Shown one piece after another: positions 17,991 to 25,700 of a DNA stretch of 26,576 nt (its first letter is position 1; every line of letters starts with the position of its first letter). The notes under the pieces were generated by a model that worked only from the letters and a program-made list of their open reading frames with translations, was not told where the DNA came from and searched no databases. Position numbers and translations under genes: made by a program. The DNA is from a virus (taxonomy: Duplodnaviria > Heunggongvirae > Uroviricota > Caudoviricetes), in the IMG/VR virus record IMGVR_UViG_3300018475_000095. One strand, 5' to 3'.

Positions 17991-18467
17991 TTATTCTCCA
18001 AACTGTAATGATAAATTTAAAATACTATAATCTGATTCCATCATAGTTCTTAATTTCTTAGATGGAATATCTATAATATGATAATTATTATCATTTAGCA
18101 TTTTTATATTCACAGATTTTTTACCATCAGATTTCATTTTTTCAATTTCTATGATAGGTACATAAACAACTTTATCTCTTTCATTGAACCATATTATAAC
18201 GCCTCTTCTCGTACCTTTAGTTGGGCATTTTTCAATAAGTTTCTTATATTGTTTCAAATTTGTGAATGGGAATGTATTTCCTTTAATTGTTTTACATTCA
18301 ATATAATATTGATATGGATAACTATAACAAATAAAGTCTGAGATATTTGATATTCCTTTCATTCCAAATCCCGGATCATAAAGTCGCTCACCATCACTAT
18401 CCGGCATAGATTGTAATCAATCTTTTAAAAATCTTGCTTCAAACTTTTTTCCTAAATTTTTAGCCAT
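17991..18467 (-). CDS. recU: RecU-like Holliday junction resolvase (158 aa) with an in-frame TGA at codon 17
   Basis: MAKNLGKKFEARFLKD[TGA 18417-18419]LQSMPDS...SDF...YIECKT. The RecU-type GxxFE motif lies upstream of the TGA, and the ATG overlaps the dnaN stop. Confidence 0.78.
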
Positions 18468-19579
18468 TATACTAATTTCACCTCTGGAATTACATTTTTA
18501 ATATTGCCCCTAGATAAAACAATAGCTTGATGATCACCAAAACTTAAAGTTAAATATTGCTCGGAACATGATTCTAAAGTTGCTTTTAGATCAGTTAAAT
18601 CAAATGTAGCTTCATATGTATCTTGTAAAGAAGTATTATTATATGAAATAATCTCTGAATTTACTTTCGCTACATCCCATACTTTTACTGCATCAGGCAT
18701 AAACTCAAATCTACTATAAGGTTTTACACTTCCATTTGAATTGTTAAATAATAACAATCTATTTATAGTTTGTAACAAAGCATTTTTATCAATATTTACA
18801 GAATATTGATAAGTATTATTTGCTCTTCCTCTAATAGCATTAACTGGTACGGAATTCAACAAAGTATCATCACATGATAGTATTGCTGTTAAGGAAATTT
18901 GAGTAGTTTCGAATTTAACTTTTGTTTGTGTTATACCACCATTAATCGTATCATAACCGAGTGTGAATAACACATCACAGTTATTAAATAGTTTAAATAA
19001 TTTTACAATTCTATCACTCAATAATATTTTTAGTGGCTCTTGTAATGAGAAACTATTTACACATGCACCAGATGTGAATGTTAAAGCTCCAAGCTCATCT
19101 ACATAGTATAATTTTTGTACTGGCTTAGATATCATACCCTTTAATAATTCTTTACTATTATAAGCTAAAATACTAGATAAAATATCGCTATTTATATTAA
19201 AGGATTTTACAGAATTTTTAATTAAAATTTCAGGTAATTCGAGTAGCTTATCATCATCAAATATTAGAGGTAACTTATATTTACCATTACCTTTTACAAT
19301 TAAAGAATTACTATCCATTGTTAACTCAATATCAGCAGTTGTTATCTGAGAAATAAGTTTCAAAAATAAATTCGCATTTACAGTTGCATGGAACTGTTCA
19401 TTAGATGCTAAAGGAAGTCTTACTGATACATAATATTCTTTATTCGTAACAGCCATTATTAATTCACTATTTATTGTTTTAAGTTCTAATGTTTCGGTTA
19501 CAATAGATAATTCATTGCTATCTACTGCACTTAAAATTTTAGAACAAATTTGTTTAAATTCATCTGTTTTAATTATCAT
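18467..19579 (-). CDS. dnaN: DNA sliding clamp, beta (DnaN-like)
   Basis: 370 aa (beta-clamp size); N-terminal helix/strand pattern, IDKNALLQTINRLLL segment and C-terminal NVIPEVKL resemble DnaN; clamp loader genes nearby. Confidence 0.75.
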   Translation of the reverse strand: MIIKTDEFKQICSKILSAVDSNELSIVTETLELKTINSELIMAVTNKEYYVSVRLPLASNEQFHATVNANLFLKLISQITTADIELTMDSNSLIVKGNGKYKLPLIFDDDKLLELPEILIKNSVKSFNINSDILSSILAYNSKELLKGMISKPVQKLYYVDELGALTFTSGACVNSFSLQEPLKILLSDRIVKLFKLFNNCDVLFTLGYDTINGGITQTKVKFETTQISLTAILSCDDTLLNSVPVNAIRGRANNTYQYSVNIDKNALLQTINRLLLFNNSNGSVKPYSRFEFMPDAVKVWDVAKVNSEIISYNNTSLQDTYEATFDLTDLKATLESCSEQYLTLSFGDHQAIVLSRGNIKNVIPEVKLV

Positions 19580-19615
19580 TTTTAAATTTCTCCTTTCGAT
19601 ATATTATTATACATT

Positions 19616-20637
19616 CTACCATAAGCTTTCTTTAAATAAAGTGTTACCTTTATATTCAAATTCTTTTCTCCATTTATCTAATGCATAAAGATTAAAAATC
19701 ATTCTTAAAGATCCATTATCATCTTCTAGTAAATGTTTTAACTCAATACCATGACCTATTTCTTTACACAATTCTTCGACAGCTTCTCTAACAGCTAAAG
19801 GTTGGTTAGTTATATGATCAGGTGAATCAGGATTTCTATTACTTACATATACTGTTTTTACTTTACCGTTTATAACAATGTTTAGATTACCAAAAGATGC
19901 TGATCTTATCCAGCTTGTAGAATCCGAACTCATGCTTGGATATTGCTCCATAAGTTGAACAGTTGTCATACCAAAATTATGAGTTAATGGTATTTCTCTA
20001 CCTAAATTGTTGCATACCTCATATATAAATTTCCATGTTATTTCATACCATTTAGCTTTTTCACTTACTGCTGCATCGTTAGATGGAGATATACCAATAT
20101 ATTCAATAAATGATCCATCTGAAAATCTATATTCAAGCATATTTCTTAAATATTTAAAATCTTCTCCCATATGAAAAACAGGTAATATTTTCTTCGGACA
20201 ATTTACTCTTTCGATCATATATAAATAATTTTTCCAACTATATTCTGGAGCTTCTAATAATTGCTCTTGAGTTTTTGGTTTTCCAAATTCACCTGGAATT
20301 TTATCAAGTTCTGCAAACCAATAAACTGCATCTTCAATTGAATTTATAAATTAATATATTCATCTATATCTATTTTTATACCTCTAGTCCAAGCTGAATA
20401 TGCAGAACTATCTACAACTAATTTACATGGACAACTAGGATCTTTTCTAATCTCTTCAACCCATTCTAATAATTCTTTCTTTTCATTTAACCAGGCTAAT
20501 AATTGCGGATAACCTAATTGTTTTTTAACTTCTCTAGCACTAGTTATAGTACCATCTGGTAGCTCCACATTGGATACCCCTGCACCTGCTGCAATAAGCA
20601 TATATGGCTCACCGCATTTTCTCTGTTCAAATTGCAT
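19616..20637 (-). pseudogene. TGT/DpdA-like guanine transglycosylase, split by a -1 frameshift near 20348-20350
   Basis: Adding one T joins both ORFs into ~340 aa: VVDSSAYSAW...DEYINFINSIEDAVYWFAELDKIPG...SWKNYLYMIER...LPVFHMGE...YIGIS...THNFG...SSDSTSW, matching TGT-fold motifs. May be an assembly error rather than a true pseudogene. Confidence 0.7.
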
Positions 20638-20667
20638 GTTCTATCTCCTTATAATTTCTTAATACAG

Positions 20668-21210
20668 TTAAAATAAGTCAACTTTAAGCTGTTTCTTATT
20701 TTTATTTTCAACAAAATACCAGCCAAGATCTCGCTTACCAGCTCTATGTTCATATAAATCCGGACCTAGTCCATTGTTAGCATCTAACTGTGTGCCAATA
20801 TGCGCCCAAAAAGATTCGGCAGATGTCCCTCTTACGCATTTTGCAAATATATCTCTGTCATACGTATTCATTAGATAATCTAATATCTGCTTACTTATTT
20901 TTTGACCTCTTACTGCTTCATCTACATATATATCTCCTATAACTATTACATCTTTCGTTTTAGGGACATTAAAACAACAAAAATCATATTTACCTGTAAC
21001 TGATATTACATGATGATTTCGAACATCGGGCTTAAAAAAAGCAGGATTATATGGGCCTAGTAAACTATCTTTGCCAAATTTTTTATTCTCTGACTGCCAT
21101 AACTCACTTATCCATGATACATCACAGCTAGCTTTATATGGACACCCCGAGCATTTTCTTCTTGCCTCTTCGCAATCCGATCTATCAACAGGTATTTTAC
21201 ATGTTATCAT
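20668..21210 (-). CDS. GNAT acetyltransferase with a Cys-rich N-terminus
   Basis: Motif A IYVDEAVRGQKISKQIL and AESFW; five Cys in the first 30 residues. Confidence 0.75.
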   Translation of the reverse strand: MITCKIPVDRSDCEEARRKCSGCPYKASCDVSWISELWQSENKKFGKDSLLGPYNPAFFKPDVRNHHVISVTGKYDFCCFNVPKTKDVIVIGDIYVDEAVRGQKISKQILDYLMNTYDRDIFAKCVRGTSAESFWAHIGTQLDANNGLGPDLYEHRAGKRDLGWYFVENKNKKQLKVDLF

Positions 21211-21239
21211 AGTATACTCCTTACTAATATATACAGGAA

Positions 21240-21268
21240 ATAAGAGAGCTTTATCAAAGCTCTCTTAT
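21240..21268 (-). terminator. Strong hairpin, probable terminator after the deaminase
   Basis: ATAAGAGAGCTTT-ATC-AAAGCTCTCTTAT, 13-bp stem with only a short U tail. Confidence 0.6.
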
Positions 21269-21269
21269 C

Positions 21270-21740
21270 TTAATATAATATTTTATTTTGAATTAAATTA
21301 TATTCTTCGTAAAGCTTAATACATTCTGCTCTATTAAGTTCTTCACACATCTGCTCTTTTTTTGAAGGAATACTTTCTTCAAATTCTTTATCTCTAAATC
21401 CAATAATTTCTGTATCTGTTGTGTTGCAACCATAATATACTTTACCAATATTTGCCCACAATATCGCACACATACACATCGGACAAGGATAACCTGTTGT
21501 ATAAATTTCACAACCGCTTAAATCAAATGTTTTTAATTTCTTACAAGCTTTTCTAATAGCATCTATTTCTCCATGACATGTTGGATCATTATTTGCTACT
21601 ACATGATTATGTCCTTTACTTACTACCTTTCCATCTTTAACTACTACACTACCGAATGGCCCACCATGTCCTGATCTTATTCCTTTTTGAGCTTCTTTGA
21701 TAGCTAAGTCCATAAATTTATTTGAAATACTAGTCCACAT
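21270..21740 (-). CDS. guaD: Guanine deaminase, GuaD-type (cytidine deaminase fold)
   Basis: GGPFG, NDPTCHGEIDAIR (HxE), PCPMC, and a C-terminal Tyr at residue 156 as in Bacillus-type GuaD. Confidence 0.8.
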   Translation of the reverse strand: MWTSISNKFMDLAIKEAQKGIRSGHGGPFGSVVVKDGKVVSKGHNHVVANNDPTCHGEIDAIRKACKKLKTFDLSGCEIYTTGYPCPMCMCAILWANIGKVYYGCNTTDTEIIGFRDKEFEESIPSKKEQMCEELNRAECIKLYEEYNLIQNKILY

Positions 21741-21753
21741 ATTATTCTCCAGT

Positions 21754-22416
21754 CTAATAAGTAAAATCTGGGAATATAAACTTAGAATTTCCAGCTTCTA
21801 ACCCATCTATAAGTATATTTTGTCCTGAGCAGAACTTATTATGGACTGCCATAAAATAAATCCATTCAGCGGCTTCTCTTGCAGTAGCCCATCTCTTTAA
21901 TGGCGTTAATTCCATTATTTGATCCCATAGATCTTGATCTTCTATAACACAGCTGTTTAACTCTGTTATAACTCCACCAAAGTCTAAACTATTACAAGTA
22001 GCTCCATATTTAGCTATTCTTAATGCGACATTTTTTGTATATGCCAATACCCCACCTTTACTTGCAGAATATTCTGGAAATTCAGCTCCTGTATGGGCAC
22101 TAGCACTTCCTATATTAACAATACTTTTTATCTTATCATGAATACCATATTTTTCAGTAATGTTAATAAGACCTTTTAAATTTACATTTATATCATCACC
22201 ATTTTGAACTCCAGCATTATTAACTAAAATATCAATAGTCTCTAACTCTGGAAATAAATGTTTATCTCTTATATCTCTTTTATAATGAGTATAATTATCA
22301 TTAATAATTGAACTTTCTTCTCTATCAAATCCAATTACTTCATGACCTTTTTCTAAGAATAGCAAAGCTGTTTCTCTTCCTATTCCACTAGTTGTCCCTG
22401 TTATCAATACTCTCAT
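21754..22416 (-). CDS. Short-chain dehydrogenase/reductase (SDR)
   Basis: TGTTSGIG, NNAG, Ser...YSASK catalytic motifs. Confidence 0.92.
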   Translation of the reverse strand: MRVLITGTTSGIGRETALLFLEKGHEVIGFDREESSIINDNYTHYKRDIRDKHLFPELETIDILVNNAGVQNGDDINVNLKGLINITEKYGIHDKIKSIVNIGSASAHTGAEFPEYSASKGGVLAYTKNVALRIAKYGATCNSLDFGGVITELNSCVIEDQDLWDQIMELTPLKRWATAREAAEWIYFMAVHNKFCSGQNILIDGLEAGNSKFIFPDFTY

Positions 22417-23212
22417 TTATTACCTCATCATTAGGGGTCATATATTTAATACCAATATGATTTTTATCCCAGTTTTTGCTTATTTTATAAGTAATTGGTG
22501 AGAATATAAGTTCTACTATTAATTCTATGAACATTCCTAATAATGAACAAGATAATACTGAGAACCATGTCCAACCAAAGAAATTTAAACTAACGATTGT
22601 TGCAAATACGATGTTGTCGATAAATTGACCAAGCATCGTAGACCCAGCACTCGCTACAAAGAAGCCCCAATATCTGTCACCATGTTTGTTTTGTATTTTC
22701 TTTAATAATAATCCTTGTGATAATGCATTTACAATAAGGCCAACTGCTGATGCAATCGCTGAGCCGATAATTACATACCATACATTACCCATTGTAGCAT
22801 TTAAAGCATTATTTATTTCACCAGCGTATTCATAACTTGCTGCCCATGTGCCTGGAATAACGCTAATTAACGCTAATAATCCACTTATACTAAGGGATAA
22901 TCCTAGACAGGTTAAATTTACTCTGATAGCATTTTTTGACCCAAAGTTTTTAACCATCAAATCGCCAACTAAAAATCCTATCCAGCTTAGTAATATACCA
23001 GCATCTTGTACTAACCAATAATCTCCATTTCCAAATCTTGGTAATTCAATTATTGATTTATTCGCTAATATATTCATTAATACTGTCGCTACTGTAATTA
23101 AAGCAAGTGCTAGCGCTGGTATGCTCCTTAATGTCTTTAGCCAATCCTTAAAGTTGAAAAAATCCTTTAAAATAGCCCAAAATTTCTTAAATAGATTATT
23201 TTTTACTTCCAT
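22388..23212 (-). CDS. QPTR/VUT (YhhQ-like) transporter, putative queuosine-precursor importer
   Basis: Multi-TM protein with NILANK, AGIL...F...D....FG...A and ST..GQFIDN..F motifs typical of the Vut_1/YhhQ family. Confidence 0.8.
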   Translation of the reverse strand: MEVKNNLFKKFWAILKDFFNFKDWLKTLRSIPALALALITVATVLMNILANKSIIELPRFGNGDYWLVQDAGILLSWIGFLVGDLMVKNFGSKNAIRVNLTCLGLSLSISGLLALISVIPGTWAASYEYAGEINNALNATMGNVWYVIIGSAIASAVGLIVNALSQGLLLKKIQNKHGDRYWGFFVASAGSTMLGQFIDNIVFATIVSLNFFGWTWFSVLSCSLLGMFIELIVELIFSPITYKISKNWDKNHIGIKYMTPNDEVINESIDNRDN

Positions 23213-23219
23213 TTTTACT

Positions 23220-23268
23220 CTCCTTATTTTTTATTTATTATACGGAGGATTTCGAGGTCGAACTCCGT
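23220..23268 (-). promoter_or_regulatory. Candidate preQ1-I-like riboswitch
   Basis: ACGGAG-TTCGACCTCGAAATC-CTCCGT hairpin (loop begins UUCG and ends AUC), then an A-rich tail ending in the AAGGAG RBS of the VUT gene. Confidence 0.55.
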
Positions 23269-23326
23269 GTGTAATAGCTTATCTCACTTAATTTTAAATA
23301 TCGAGATTAAAAGATTTGAATATATC

Positions 23327-24451
23327 TTAACACATCAATGGGTCAAGTATTTCATGTAATTGCTCGATAGTGCTCTCAGTTCGCTCTTCGACTAAATCAT
23401 TGAATGCTTCTTCTTTAGATTTGCCGTTTTTTACTTTCTTATTAAACTCAGATTTAACTTGTTCCATAAAATCTGTTAAATACCAACAATCTTCAATCGT
23501 GGCATCACATTTCATTGGGCATGTACATTCTGGCTTTGCAGATTCAATCATTAAATAAGACAATCTATCAGCAACTTTTTCTGCATTCTCTTTAGGACAT
23601 TCTCCTATAAGCTCATCATGAACTGCTAGCAATAATCTAAATCCTAAATTTTTCAATTCAGTATCTCTATATACAGATATCATAGCTTTTTTCGACATTG
23701 TAGCAGCTCCACCTTGAACCCTAGCATTAACGGATTGTCTTTCAGCTTGAGCTATAAATCCACTGTTATCTGAAAGTGTTATATTTTCTTTAGCAGCTTG
23801 TACTTTCAATGATTCATACTCGCGCCTGTTTCGGCATTTACTTAAAGCTTCTCGATATTTTTTAATTAGAGCATCTTCTTCTGAATAATCTTTATTGCAT
23901 CCAATAAACGGATTTATATTACACTCTTCTTGTTTTGTAGTATATTTTATGGTGTATTTTGGGAGTAAAATATCCGGTAATCTTCTTCTTCTACCCCATA
24001 GATCCTCTACATATCCATTTTTTCGTGCATCCGATATTGTTTTATCAACCCAAGTCTTTACTTTAGGAAATCCATCGAAAAATTTGTCGATAATAGCTTG
24101 AGCTTCTTCAACAGTTTGATCAATCTGCTCAGCAACAGATGCTGCTCCACGTTGATACATAATACCAAGCACAATACTCTTACAAAAACCTCTTCGTTTC
24201 TTACCTTCAGGATTAGCAGTACCGTCTTGCCTAAATTCCATATTATCCCAATAATCGTTATTGTAAACTTTAGAAGCTACAGTTGCATATAAATCTTGCT
24301 TATTCATATACGCTTGCAGCATGTTTTCATCTCCAGAATAATGAGCTAGAAGGCGAGGCTCCTGCTGGGAAAAATCCGCACCGACCATCGTATACCCATC
24401 AGTAGCTTTGAACAGCATTCTTATTTCTTTGTTGTGACTTGGTATGTTTTG
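23327..24451 (-). CDS. polA: Family A DNA polymerase, exon 2
   Basis: QNIP, motif A ADFSQQEPR, motif B RGFCKSIVLGIMY, NARVQG, motif C VHDE. Confidence 0.93.
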   Translation of the reverse strand, partial: QNIPSHNKEIRMLFKATDGYTMVGADFSQQEPRLLAHYSGDENMLQAYMNKQDLYATVASKVYNNDYWDNMEFRQDGTANPEGKKRRGFCKSIVLGIMYQRGAASVAEQIDQTVEEAQAIIDKFFDGFPKVKTWVDKTISDARKNGYVEDLWGRRRRLPDILLPKYTIKYTTKQEECNINPFIGCNKDYSEEDALIKKYREALSKCRNRREYESLKVQAAKENITLSDNSGFIAQAERQSVNARVQGGAATMSKKAMISVYRDTELKNLGFRLLLAVHDELIGECPKENAEKVADRLSYLMIESAKPECTCPMKCDATIEDCWYLTDFMEQVKSEFNKKVKNGKSKEEAFNDLVEERTESTIEQLHEILDPLMC

Positions 24452-25700
24452 CAATATGTTATCGTCAAGCTCTTTATCTTGACCTCTATAGTTATTTGAT
24501 ATTTTACTATAGTTCAGACTATATCTTTAACTTTAAATAATTCTCATACTTTCTTTGTAATTTAAAACAATCATCTATCGAATATATCCAATCTAAAAAT
24601 TTTTTAGCTGTATTTCCATTTAAGCTTAAGTAAGGATATAATTTATTGTTTCTCTGTGTATAGTTTATTTTAATATTTAAATTTACATGATAATTTATAA
24701 TATCGATCAGGTGTTTTATAAATATCTCTGATGCAGTGCAAAGTGAGCAGCAATAGCGCTTTTTTGATATATATCCATCTCCATCAAAACACCCAAGCAA
24801 ATATGCTTTAATACAATTTTCTGATGGAAAATTACACCTAGGATTAACTGAAAAAGTTTTTGGACCATCTAATAAGTTAAAATTATCTATCAAAAACTTA
24901 TTTAACCCATTCGCTGATAATCTAAGGGAATATGTTTTTCCATATTTCTTTATATCGAAGGATGAATTATAATAAATCTTAATAGCTGTTAGTAAATCTA
25001 ACTCACTCTCCCCTGAAAGCCTAAGTTCTATAGCATTTGAATTTTTTGGTATGTATCCATCAGTAGCAGTTAATCCTACTAGATAATAGAGATGTGGATC
25101 ACTTAAATCATAAAGTTTAGAAGTATCTAGTTGATGCTTAAATTTTTTGATAAGTTTATATTTGCTACGCCTCCAATCTAATATACTCTCAGATATATTA
25201 TTTTCAACAGCTAATTGATGTATACTTTTGTTGGTATTAACCCAATTATCAATTAACCATTGCTTATCAATATCAGGTCGAATGCGTCTTGATAGATCTT
25301 CAATACCTTTTCTAGGACTAATTCTAGGGTATTTTAAATTAAAATTTATTAGTAATTTATTTAACTTATAAATCGATATATTTAAATGTTTACATAAATC
25401 TTTTTTACATCTAAATTTTAATATTAAATTTTGTATATCTTTTTTATTTAACATTTGATGCCTCCAATAAATTTAGCATCATATTTTATATAGTAAGTAT
25501 GAATTTTTTGAATTATTTAAAGTTATCGCGCGCTCGTGGATGAATTATTGATTTTATCTCTCATCATCTAGTCGTTGCTCCTTCAAAGGAATTTCTCCTA
25601 AGCTTGGATCAGGATTGTGGTAATAATTTATCAAACCATGTTCCCTGAGTTCACGCGAAGTTTACCTTACAATCACTTGCAAGGGCCTCCATATATTTTA
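24452..25700 (-). mobile_element. Group I intron (1249 nt, probably subgroup IA) in polA
   Basis: Splicing CCAAACCTT|...ATTG|CAAAAC restores SSDPNL-QNIP. The 5' exon U pairs with G in P1 (GGAGG guide) and the intron ends in G. R element GCAACGACTA (25569-25578), S element AAGATATAGTC (24517-24527), 13-bp P8 (25513-25525/24528-24540). Confidence 0.93.
24519..25454 (-). CDS. Intron-encoded LAGLIDADG homing endonuclease
   Basis: Two motifs, YYLVGLTATDGYI and AYLLGCFDGDGYI; N-terminal HTH-like segments; own GGAGG RBS; located in the P8 loop. Confidence 0.88.
   Translation of the reverse strand: MLNKKDIQNLILKFRCKKDLCKHLNISIYKLNKLLINFNLKYPRISPRKGIEDLSRRIRPDIDKQWLIDNWVNTNKSIHQLAVENNISESILDWRRSKYKLIKKFKHQLDTSKLYDLSDPHLYYLVGLTATDGYIPKNSNAIELRLSGESELDLLTAIKIYYNSSFDIKKYGKTYSLRLSANGLNKFLIDNFNLLDGPKTFSVNPRCNFPSENCIKAYLLGCFDGDGYISKKRYCCSLCTASEIFIKHLIDIINYHVNLNIKINYTQRNNKLYPYLSLNGNTAKKFLDWIYSIDDCFKLQRKYENYLKLKI

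Noticed and set aside
7234-18419. In-frame TGAs as selenocysteine codons or three separate pseudogenes
   Set aside because: None is in a redox Cys context and I saw no SECIS-like hairpin. The absence of TGA stops across 37 genes fits recoding better.
11675-19579. Bacterial chromosomal origin of dnaN/dnaX/hol/recA
   Set aside because: The sequences are divergent, uniformly oriented and interleaved with small hypothetical genes, an intron-split polA and a tRNA cluster, which indicates a phage.
21293-21511. 72-aa alternative-frame ORF
   Set aside because: Fully nested within the GuaD-like gene with no independent support.
23327-24454. Stand-alone 375-aa polymerase starting at TTG 24454
   Set aside because: The TTG is the last three bases of the intron; exon 2 begins at 24451.
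24519-25454. LAGLIDADG domain as part of an intein
   Set aside because: It is a separate ORF with its own RBS and stop codon, flanked by group I intron elements, and has no intein splice residues.
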